This document shows positions 45,238-53,290 of a DNA stretch of 64,000 bases, one piece after another; position 1 is the stretch's first letter; the number at the start of each line of letters is the position of its first letter. This DNA is from an uncultured Bacteroidia bacterium (GTDB taxonomy: Bacteria; Bacteroidota; Bacteroidia; Bacteroidales; UBA932): NCBI GenBank assembly GCA_902769525.1, contig CACXPG010000006.1, positions 12,432 through 76,431 on the forward strand, written 5' to 3'. A model generated the notes under the pieces. The model searched no databases. It was not told where the DNA came from and saw only the letters and a list, made by a program, of their open reading frames with translations. The position numbers were made by a program, and so were the translations under genes.

Positions 45238-46335
45238 ATGAACCTTGTAGTTATTCGTCTTCTCAACCAGCAGCTTGCGGCACCTCAGTTCACCGATCCG
45301 GCTGAGGTTGTACGCCATTTATGCGCCATCCAGGCACAGGAATACCGCATGATGCGCTGGGCTGTGGCCATGCGCACCAAAAAGCCTTCCGCCAAGGCGT
45401 TCAGGGAGGCTTTTGACAGCGGAAGCATCATCCGCCTTCACCTTATGAGGGGCACCTGGCAGCTGGTAAGCGCACAAGATTACTGGTGGATGCTGGACCT
45501 TTGCGCTCCCAAGGCCATTGCCGTCACTAAAGGCTGGATGGCCAGCAACAAGATCTCCATCCCGGCTAAAGAACAGGCCAAAATCAGAGATATTCTTTCA
45601 AGAACAGCATCGGACATGGGAAGCGCAACTAAAGAAGATTTCAAACAGGCTCTGAAAGAGAAAGATATAACTATGGATGACCACAGGCTGTCCTACCACA
45701 TCCGTATGGCCGAGTTTTCCGGCACTCTCTGCAGCGGAGACCTCCTTCCCATGAAAGCCACATACTCTCTGGTATCAAATAAAGTAGGCCCACACCCTGG
45801 CAAAACCGACAGGAACGAGGCCCTTATGAACCTCACCCGCAAGTATTTCCAGAGCCGCCAGCCTGCCACTCTCGAGGACTTTGTCTGGTGGTCCGGCCTT
45901 AATGTCAGCGATTGCAGAAGGGGCATTGAACTCCTTAGCACTTCAATTCATAAAGAGCATCTTAATGGCCGTGATTTCTACCTTACCGACAACTGCCGCA
46001 CACGAGGCTTCCGCCATGGCAAATACTTTCTTATTCCTCCATACGATGAATATCTGATTGGCTACAAAAGTAGAGACATAGTCCTGCCCCAGGAACATCG
46101 TCACAAGGCCCACAACAACAGCGGCATCTTCCAGCCCGTCATCGCTCACGACGGCATCATCTGTGGCAACTGGGCTCCGTTCAAACCAGAACTTCAGGCG
46201 GAATTCTTCATCCCGTCCACACCCGTAGCCAAGCATAGCAGCTCCACAAAATCCTATCCTGAGCCACTCCAGCACGCCTGGCATGTTTACAACCGCTTAT
46301 TTTCTTGCCCTGGTAATTTCAACCTGAAGTCCTAG
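45238..46335 (+). CDS. winged-helix DNA-binding protein, YcaQ/AlkZ-like (DUF1006) DNA glycosylase family
   Basis: N-terminal LLNQQL...AIQAQEYRMMRWAVAMR signature; 365 aa. The 3' end overlaps higA by 39 nt. Confidence 0.75.
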   Translation: MNLVVIRLLNQQLAAPQFTDPAEVVRHLCAIQAQEYRMMRWAVAMRTKKPSAKAFREAFDSGSIIRLHLMRGTWQLVSAQDYWWMLDLCAPKAIAVTKGWMASNKISIPAKEQAKIRDILSRTASDMGSATKEDFKQALKEKDITMDDHRLSYHIRMAEFSGTLCSGDLLPMKATYSLVSNKVGPHPGKTDRNEALMNLTRKYFQSRQPATLEDFVWWSGLNVSDCRRGIELLSTSIHKEHLNGRDFYLTDNCRTRGFRHGKYFLIPPYDEYLIGYKSRDIVLPQEHRHKAHNNSGIFQPVIAHDGIICGNWAPFKPELQAEFFIPSTPVAKHSSSTKSYPEPLQHAWHVYNRLFSCPGNFNLKS

Positions 46336-46608
46336 TGCATTGATTATGCGGTAGAAAGTTCCGACACTTGGGACCATCACTCCGTTTTCAATCTTTGAAA
46401 TGTAGCTTTTGGTGCTTCCTATTCTTGATGCCAATTCATTTTGAGTCACACTCTCTCCTACACGAGCATCCTTAAGAATCTGTCCTGAATAAAAAGCATA
46501 AGCTTCTTCTTCTGCCTTGATTCTCTCTTTACTTCCCGGAGTGCCGAATTCTGTATCTAGAACAATATCGTAATCTCTTATTTTATTGTCATTTACATGT
46601 TTTTTCAT
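46297..46608 (-). CDS. higA: XRE-family HTH antitoxin (HigA-like)
   Basis: HTH SVTQNELASRIGSTKSYISKIENG. Immediately downstream of, and overlapping, the toxin gene. Confidence 0.8.
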   Translation of the reverse strand: MKKHVNDNKIRDYDIVLDTEFGTPGSKERIKAEEEAYAFYSGQILKDARVGESVTQNELASRIGSTKSYISKIENGVMVPSVGTFYRIINALGLQVEITRARK

Positions 46609-46945
46609 AGTATGCTTTCTTTATTAGTTTTGCTTTGTCAATCTCATTTTGGGGTGTTTGTTGAGTCTTTTTCTTAAAACCGTTAAACAGTACAACAACA
46701 TTGTCTGAGTCAAAAATGAAGAAAGTCCTGAATATGTTCCCTTCATATTCTGTCCTAAGTTCATAAATGCCTTCATCTATGTGTTTTACAAACTTGGCAG
46801 GTATCCTGTTTTGTGTTTTCAGGAGAAGTAGACCATATTTTACCTTTTGTTGCTGTTCAAGTGTTAAGGTTTTCATAAAAGCCTCAAAGTATCCTCCGTA
46901 TGTCAAGATTCGTCTTGTCGATTGCAAAGGTAATAAAGGTTGCAT
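46589..46945 (-). CDS. higB: RelE/ParE-superfamily toxin, Gp49/HigB-like (DUF891)
   Basis: FEAFMKTL...KV.YGL.LL......P.KFVKHI.EGIYELR.EY.GNIFR.FF.FD pattern typical of Gp49-like toxins. Confidence 0.8.
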   Translation of the reverse strand: MQPLLPLQSTRRILTYGGYFEAFMKTLTLEQQQKVKYGLLLLKTQNRIPAKFVKHIDEGIYELRTEYEGNIFRTFFIFDSDNVVVLFNGFKKKTQQTPQNEIDKAKLIKKAYYEKTCK

Positions 46946-46956
46946 TATTATGCAAC
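46939..46956. promoter_or_regulatory. inverted repeat GTTGCAT-N4-ATGCAAC overlapping the higB start codon
   Basis: 7-bp arms read directly. The higB ATG (46943-46945, minus strand) lies inside the left arm. Confidence 0.4.
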
Positions 46957-47170
46957 TTGTCGCTGCTTTTTTATTCTGTTTTCTTTGCTGTTTTTTTTGT
47001 TTGATTTTTCTTTCCCTTTTTATCGTTCTTCTCCTTCATCATTCTTTTTGATATTTCAATGATTCAAAGGAAAAGGATCCCGCAGATAAGCGGTTGCAAG
47101 ACTGTAAAATTTACCCGACAGAGTTAAAAATTTTGTGGTTAACGTTTTTGATCAACGTAAAATAACAATC

Positions 47171-47737
47171 TCAGCGACTATACTTTGCCTTGATTTCCTG
47201 ACTGAAATACTTGTCCCTGGCTTTTCTCTCGGCTTGTTCTTTACGGCTCTTCTCCCTTAACTGTCTGGCCAAGGCAATCCTCTCCCGATATTCCTTTCCA
47301 CCGGACACAATCTCATCATTGACCCTCAAAACAGTTTCCTCAAAAACTGCTTTTTTCAGCTGGCACTCCCACACAATCACCACCTTCCATCCCAGTGCCT
47401 CGAGCCTTCTCCATACTGCAGAATCGCGATTCTTGTTTCTTTCAACCTTTGCCGTCCAGAACTCCACATTGCTCTTTGGCACCGTGTACAGACTGCACCC
47501 CTGGTGCCCGTGCCAGAAGCATCCGTGCACAAAAACCACTGTCCTGTACCGCCCAAACACTATATCCGGCTTACCTGGCAATCGTGGATCATTCACTCTG
47601 TACCTTAACCCCAGATGCCACAGCGCTCTCCTTAGCCGTATTTCCGGCTTTGTCCCCGATGAGTGTATCCGCGACATACAGTAATGCCGCTGCGCCTTGG
47701 TCATCTTGTCTGCCATTCCACTTGCTGATGAAATCAA
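47171..47737 (-). CDS. vsr: very short patch repair endonuclease (start may be 47716 or 47704)
   Basis: TKPEIRLRRAL...GKPDIVF...VFVHGCFWHGH signature, plus an about 40-aa basic C-terminal tail. Confidence 0.9.
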   Translation of the reverse strand: MISSASGMADKMTKAQRHYCMSRIHSSGTKPEIRLRRALWHLGLRYRVNDPRLPGKPDIVFGRYRTVVFVHGCFWHGHQGCSLYTVPKSNVEFWTAKVERNKNRDSAVWRRLEALGWKVVIVWECQLKKAVFEETVLRVNDEIVSGGKEYRERIALARQLREKSRKEQAERKARDKYFSQEIKAKYSR

Positions 47738-47807
47738 AGTAAAGTTACAAATATTCTTTTCTCAGCGATTATTTACTGTTTGACATAAACTGTCAATCTT
47801 GTTTCCA

Positions 47808-47815
47808 TATCTTTG
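47808..47815 (+). promoter_or_regulatory. -7 box (TATCTTTG) upstream of the NADAR gene
   Basis: TAnnTTTG match 29 nt before the ATG at 47844. Confidence 0.4.
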
Positions 47816-47843
47816 CACCAGAGAATCAAAACCCGAATCAGCA

Positions 47844-48659
47844 ATGCAAACTCTCCAAAACAAGTACCTCTTTTTCTGGAGCCACTCGGAAAGAGGCAGC
47901 AACGTTACCAAGGCCTGCCTGAGCCAATGGTATCCTTCATACATGATAATAGACAACGTTCCTTATTGCAATGTAGAACAGTATCTTATGGCTGAAAAGG
48001 CTCGCACTTTCGGCGATACGGAAACAGAACAGAAGATTCTGAAGACAAGCGATCCAAAGGAAATCAAGAAACTCGGCCGTGAAGTAAAGGATTATGATGA
48101 TCAAATATGGGCAGCAAAGCGTAAAGATGTTGCATTCAAGGCCAACACTGTCAAATTCGCCTCCCACACGCACCTAAGGAAATTCCTCTTTGAAACAAAG
48201 ATCTGGACTCTTGTTGAAGCCAGTCCTTACGACCGCATCTGGGGCATTGGCTACAACGAGGCTCATGCCCTCAAGGTCAGCCCAGACCAGTGGGGCCAGA
48301 ACCTTCTTGGCCAAGTCTTGATGGAAGTAAGGGCCAACCTGAAGAAGCCTTACCTCAAATACTGCCGCTATTATAAAGACGACGGTTCAAGCCAACTTAA
48401 CCGTCCTGGCGATAATACCTCGTTTGCCTCATACGAATTTGCCTGGATTGTTGATGAAATTGCCAACCCGCTCTCTATCAGCAGTCTTCTGTCTGAATAC
48501 TTTGCCTACGGCCATGAGTTCTTCAATATGAACGATGGTGTTCCAATCACTCTCAAAGCCACGCTTTTCAACCGTTGGGTAAAAATGTCTGGTTTCCAAA
48601 TTGACAAAGATGGCTTCCAGACTTGGTACAAGGAGCATTATTTGAAATCTAAGGCTTAA
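47844..48659 (+). CDS. NADAR (DUF1768/YbiA-like) domain protein with about 110-aa unknown C-terminal extension
   Basis: LFFWSH....LSQWYP....ID...Y...EQYLMAEKA..FGD...IWGIG signature in the first about 170 aa. The remainder is unrecognised. Confidence 0.8.
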   Translation: MQTLQNKYLFFWSHSERGSNVTKACLSQWYPSYMIIDNVPYCNVEQYLMAEKARTFGDTETEQKILKTSDPKEIKKLGREVKDYDDQIWAAKRKDVAFKANTVKFASHTHLRKFLFETKIWTLVEASPYDRIWGIGYNEAHALKVSPDQWGQNLLGQVLMEVRANLKKPYLKYCRYYKDDGSSQLNRPGDNTSFASYEFAWIVDEIANPLSISSLLSEYFAYGHEFFNMNDGVPITLKATLFNRWVKMSGFQIDKDGFQTWYKEHYLKSKA

Positions 48660-48725
48660 CACCCAAGAATGGCATATAGACAATACAAATATTACAGTCC
48701 GTTTGCCTTTTGTTCAGCGATTAGT

Positions 48726-48745
48726 TAAATTTGCTTGAGCAAGCA
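48726..48745 (+). promoter_or_regulatory. -7 box TAAATTTG overlapping small palindrome TGCTTG-AG-CAAGCA upstream of the R-M operon
   Basis: Read directly. The -7 box is at 48726-48733 and the palindrome at 48732-48745. The ATG is at 48777. Confidence 0.35.
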
Positions 48746-48776
48746 TATATTTAAATAATGTAATTTATTCAAGGAC

Positions 48777-50417
48777 ATGGCTAAGATGACCACAATTACT
48801 GAAAAACAATCTCTCATGCGTACCGTAGAAAAGTTAATTGCAGGACATATGCTTTGCTATTCCAAGCAAGATCGTAAGTATATTCTTTTGGGCTTGGACG
48901 TTATTTCTGAGTTTAAGATCACTGTTGATGTAAAATCATCACATATTAGTATTGAACAGTTTCAGAATCTTCTTTCAAAGATTAATGAAAAGGAGCAGAG
49001 GCGTAGAGATGAGGGAGTTTATTATACCCCGAAAGATATTACTGAATATATTGCAGCGAACTCATATCTTTTCTATTTGCTCCCAAATGTTAATCAAGTG
49101 CATTCTGTTACTCGATGTTTATCATTTATTAGTCGGGCTAGTAACGAAAAACTATTAAGAGCTAAAGTTTTTGACCCCACTTGTGGTACTGCGGAGTTCT
49201 TACTTAGTGCTCTTCAGCTTAAATTGAAGATTTTTAAAGTTTTTAATAATGACAAAGAAATACTAAAGGTTACTTCTACTATTTATGGTAATGATATCGC
49301 AGAAGAATCTATTCTATTGTCGAAAATCAGAATTTTCTTTGCCATTGTTAATTTGCTCAAGGACAAAAAAAATGCTTTGCAATTAGGGAAAATTCTTAAC
49401 AAGAATTTTGGGAATGGCGATTTTGTCATTAATCCTTGTGTGAAACCTTGTTTCGAGATTATACTTGGCAACCCTCCGTATGTAGAATATGGGAAATTGC
49501 AGATTATTCCTTCTACAAACTTTGGGAATACCTATGCAGATGTATTGAAGAATTCTATAGAATCTTTAAAACAAGGTGGTGTTATCGGTTTTATTATTCC
49601 TCTTTCATTTGTTTCAACACCAAGGATGAAAGGCATAAGGAGCTATGTTTGTTCTAAATTAACTAGATTATTCGCTCTAAATTTCGCCGATCGTCCAGAC
49701 TGTTTATTTGAAGGGGTCCACCAAAAACTTACTTTATTATTTGGACAGAAGGGAAATGGAGGGTGCAATGTATATTCTTCAAGCTATTATCACTGGTACA
49801 ATGATGAAAGATATGATTTGTTGAATAAAGCAAAAATTGTTTCGGTTGTTCCAGAAGATTCATATATTCCCAAAATAGGAACAAAATATGAACTTAGCAT
49901 ATTTAATAAAATATTGGATATTAAAGGGGAAACCCTTCCAAAAATATCAAAAGAAACAGTAAAAGAAACATCAATATTTCTTAATATGAGAGGCTGTTTC
50001 TGGATGAAGGCTTTCTCATTTAATCCCGGTTCAAATGAGTATAAAAGGTTTTATTGTCCAAATTACTTACAACCATACCTTTTGGCCGTTTTAAACTCTA
50101 CAATTTTTTTCTTATTCTGGACAATAGTATCTGATTGTTGGCACATAACAGGAAAAGAGTTGAATGGTTTTAAGATACCTATTAGTGATGTCAAATTTGA
50201 CGCGTTTAGACAATTAGTTATCAATCTTGAAAGAAGGTTGGAAGAAACAAAAAAATATGTTGGAAGTAAACAGACACTTTTCGAATATAAACACAGGGAT
50301 TGTAAAAATGAAATAGACAAGATTGATAAAGCCTTACAAGGCATATATCATTTGACGGATAAGGAGTTGTCTTTTTTGAAAGACTTTAAGCTTAGATATA
50401 GAATGAGTAATGGCTAA
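48777..50417 (+). CDS. N6-adenine DNA methyltransferase (gamma class, Eco57I/TaqI-like, with C-terminal TRD)
   Basis: VYYTPKDI, FDPTCGTAEFL and NPPY at nt 49470-49481. C-terminal LLAVLNSTIFFLFW is a TaqI_C-like TRD. Confidence 0.85.
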   Translation: MAKMTTITEKQSLMRTVEKLIAGHMLCYSKQDRKYILLGLDVISEFKITVDVKSSHISIEQFQNLLSKINEKEQRRRDEGVYYTPKDITEYIAANSYLFYLLPNVNQVHSVTRCLSFISRASNEKLLRAKVFDPTCGTAEFLLSALQLKLKIFKVFNNDKEILKVTSTIYGNDIAEESILLSKIRIFFAIVNLLKDKKNALQLGKILNKNFGNGDFVINPCVKPCFEIILGNPPYVEYGKLQIIPSTNFGNTYADVLKNSIESLKQGGVIGFIIPLSFVSTPRMKGIRSYVCSKLTRLFALNFADRPDCLFEGVHQKLTLLFGQKGNGGCNVYSSSYYHWYNDERYDLLNKAKIVSVVPEDSYIPKIGTKYELSIFNKILDIKGETLPKISKETVKETSIFLNMRGCFWMKAFSFNPGSNEYKRFYCPNYLQPYLLAVLNSTIFFLFWTIVSDCWHITGKELNGFKIPISDVKFDAFRQLVINLERRLEETKKYVGSKQTLFEYKHRDCKNEIDKIDKALQGIYHLTDKELSFLKDFKLRYRMSNG

Positions 50418-51513
50418 TTATAGAGTTATAGATTTATTCGCAGGCTGTGGAGGTTTCTCTGTGGGGTTTGAGCAGGCAGGTTTTTCCATTGTGAAGGCTG
50501 TGGAATACGACAAGACTATAGCGAAATCATATTCGCATAATCATAAAGGAACCATATTGCTTTCCGAAGATATTGGTAATGTAGATAACGAGTTTTATTT
50601 TTCACGCGGAGAATCAGATGTTATTATTGGAGGGCCTCCGTGCCAAGGTTTTTCAATGGCAGGTGCTAGGATACGAAATAAAAATACTTTTATAGAAGAT
50701 CCTCGTAATTATTTATTCCTTCATTATGTTAATATCGTTAGAATTGTGCGACCTAAGGTATTCGTACTAGAAAACGTGAAAGGAATTCTTTCAAAAGATA
50801 ATGGTGCTATTTTCAAGGAGATTGTAAGCACATTTAGCAATCCCTTGTTTTTTAATGGTGATAGATATTTCTTGCATTATAAGGTTTGTCGTGCTGTGGA
50901 TTACGGGGTTCCTCAACAACGTGAAAGAGTCGTTGTAATAGGCGTTCTTAATTATGACTATGATATTGACGCTGTTTTCAAAGAAACCAGAAATGATATT
51001 AAGCGATTTGATGGGCATTTTTTTGATCCCGTATCCTTGAGGGATGCAATTTCAGACTTATCTAGCCCCACAAAAGATGGTGTTGTTGAATTACAACCAT
51101 GCCTATCACAGTATCAAGAATATTTAAGAAAAGGTTGCAAAACAACAAATAATCATACAGCATCAAATCATAGTTCAGTTGCTATTATGAGAATGCGGCG
51201 TGTTAAAGCTGGTCAAAATTGGCAGATTTTAAAAGAAGACATTAGTTCTGTCCATAGCGGTGCTTATGGACGTTTAGCATGGGACATGCCAACAATGACT
51301 ATAACGACACGTTTTGATACACCTGCCGGGGGACGTTTTATTCATCCAATCGAAAACCGAACTCTTACACCTCGGGAGGCTGCACGTGTTCAATCTTTTC
51401 CTGACAGTTTCGAGTTTATTGGAAACAAAACAATTATTTGCAAGCAAATAGGAAACGCCGTGCCTCCGAAAATGGCTTACTTTTTAGCAAACGTTGTAAA
51501 ACATCTTATATGA
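50410..51513 (+). CDS. DNA (cytosine-5)-methyltransferase
   Basis: Motif I DLFAGCGGFSVGF, motif IV GGPPCQGFS (Cys codon 50641-50643), ENV, QRER and GNAVPP. Start overlaps the upstream gene by 8 nt. Confidence 0.95.
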   Translation: MANYRVIDLFAGCGGFSVGFEQAGFSIVKAVEYDKTIAKSYSHNHKGTILLSEDIGNVDNEFYFSRGESDVIIGGPPCQGFSMAGARIRNKNTFIEDPRNYLFLHYVNIVRIVRPKVFVLENVKGILSKDNGAIFKEIVSTFSNPLFFNGDRYFLHYKVCRAVDYGVPQQRERVVVIGVLNYDYDIDAVFKETRNDIKRFDGHFFDPVSLRDAISDLSSPTKDGVVELQPCLSQYQEYLRKGCKTTNNHTASNHSSVAIMRMRRVKAGQNWQILKEDISSVHSGAYGRLAWDMPTMTITTRFDTPAGGRFIHPIENRTLTPREAARVQSFPDSFEFIGNKTIICKQIGNAVPPKMAYFLANVVKHLI

Positions 51514-51514
51514 T

Positions 51515-53290
51515 ATGAGTTCTTTAAGTACCCTCAAATTACAGAAGCTTAACAATATTGGCCAAAATGGCGGTTTTTGGTATATAACAAAGCAAAATCT
51601 TGTTTTTCGAGATCTGTGTTTTATAGCTAAAATACTTGAACAATGGAATGATAGTCAAAATGAGAATTATGAAACATTCTTCGACAGAAAGAAAATTCTT
51701 CATGAGTATGGTGGTTTTTCAGCTAAAACAGCTCATCGTGCTACGAAGAATTGCGAATATTTAGGACTAACGAGGCCATCATCTAATTACAGTGCAAGAT
51801 ATTTAACTCCATATTATTATGCACTTAAAAATCTTTGCCGTGGTGATTTTAATCGGCTATCAAGATATCCTCAAATTGTTAATAGGCAATTAGAGCGAAT
51901 GTTCATTGATTCAAGAAACAATAATCAGTATAGTATAACAATTCAAATATCTCCTTTTATGTTTTTGTTCAAGATATTACTCCTAATTGGCGACATTACT
52001 GAATCGTATAAGATTTCTACGTCCGAGTTTAAGCTATTCGTTGCTACAGCTCAAAATTGGAACGATTATTTCGAGGTCGTCGAGTCCATATTGAGGTACA
52101 GAGAAGATAATGATTTTCAAACTCAGTGCGATAATAATCAATCTAAAGTCAGTGATGTTCGATATAATGTTTTAGCACAAAATCATTCCCAACTTGAGGT
52201 GACTTCAGAGTATTTAGCTATAAAAGCAGAAGACATTAAAAACATTCGCAGAAAGGTTGCCGAATACGAAATAAATGAAGACATTCATAGTTCCGAAGAT
52301 GTTTTCCTAGTAGATGCGCTTTTGGAACGTCCATACCAGCAAATATACTACGGAGCTCCTGGAACGGGCAAGTCATTTAAGTTAAGGGAAGATACTAAAT
52401 CATTTAATCATATCCGGACGATATTTCACCCCGATTCTGATTATGCATCTTTTGTCGGTTGTTATAAACCAGTAATGAATGGTGATAAGATTAAGTATGA
52501 CTTTCGTGCTCAAGCATTTATTAATGCTTATGTTAACGCATGGCTTTCAAAAGATCCTTATTATCTCATAATTGAAGAAATAAATCGTGGTAATTGCGCC
52601 CAGATTTTTGGAGACATTTTCCAGCTTCTCGATAGGAAAAATGGCGTTTCTGACTACACTGTTGTTCCTGATGCAGACCTTAAGAAACACTTGTGTGATA
52701 CATTTCATAGTGAAGAAAATCAGGCTATTATAAAAGAAAAGGGACTTGTTATTCCTAATGATATTCTGGAAGGAACTGGAATGAGGTTGCCTGCAAATTT
52801 CTTCCTCCGCGCGACAATGAATACTTCAGACCAATCTCTTTTCCCGATGGATAGTGCATTTAAACGTCGTTGGGCATGGAAACATTTTTCTATTAAAGAT
52901 GAGGGAAAGGGATACAAGATAGAAGTAGATGAAAACCATGTATATGATTGGTGGAAAACAATAGACACGTTGAATCGTAAGATATACGGAGAAACAAAAT
53001 CGGCGGACAAACAACTCGGTTATTGGTTTACGAAACTCCCAGATAACGTGACTGTTATTTCCAAAGATGATTTTGTGTCGAAGGTTCTCTTTTACTTATG
53101 GAATGATGTGTTTAAAGATTATGGTTTTGATTCCAAAAATGCTTTTTCTGAAGAGATACAATTCGACAAATTTTTTACAAGTGACGGAGATGTGGATGCC
53201 TCAATGGTGGTAAAGTTCATGGAGTATAATGGCATCAAACCTGAAGAAAAGGAGTCTTCTGAAGACTCGGCTGAAGAAGAACAGCAATGA
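51515..53290 (+). CDS. McrB-family AAA+ GTPase restriction subunit (LlaJI R1-like) with unknown about 270-aa N-terminal domain
   Basis: Walker A GAPGTGKS (52352-52375), Walker B IIEEINRGN, McrB signature MNTSDQS and FKRRW. Confidence 0.85.
   Translation: MSSLSTLKLQKLNNIGQNGGFWYITKQNLVFRDLCFIAKILEQWNDSQNENYETFFDRKKILHEYGGFSAKTAHRATKNCEYLGLTRPSSNYSARYLTPYYYALKNLCRGDFNRLSRYPQIVNRQLERMFIDSRNNNQYSITIQISPFMFLFKILLLIGDITESYKISTSEFKLFVATAQNWNDYFEVVESILRYREDNDFQTQCDNNQSKVSDVRYNVLAQNHSQLEVTSEYLAIKAEDIKNIRRKVAEYEINEDIHSSEDVFLVDALLERPYQQIYYGAPGTGKSFKLREDTKSFNHIRTIFHPDSDYASFVGCYKPVMNGDKIKYDFRAQAFINAYVNAWLSKDPYYLIIEEINRGNCAQIFGDIFQLLDRKNGVSDYTVVPDADLKKHLCDTFHSEENQAIIKEKGLVIPNDILEGTGMRLPANFFLRATMNTSDQSLFPMDSAFKRRWAWKHFSIKDEGKGYKIEVDENHVYDWWKTIDTLNRKIYGETKSADKQLGYWFTKLPDNVTVISKDDFVSKVLFYLWNDVFKDYGFDSKNAFSEEIQFDKFFTSDGDVDASMVVKFMEYNGIKPEEKESSEDSAEEEQQ

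Noticed and set aside
46767-47051. 94-aa ORF ending in a Phe/Leu/Cys-rich tail that looks like a membrane peptide
   Set aside because: Its first half is antisense to higB. The hydrophobic tail is simply the translation of the T-rich tract at 46961-47050.
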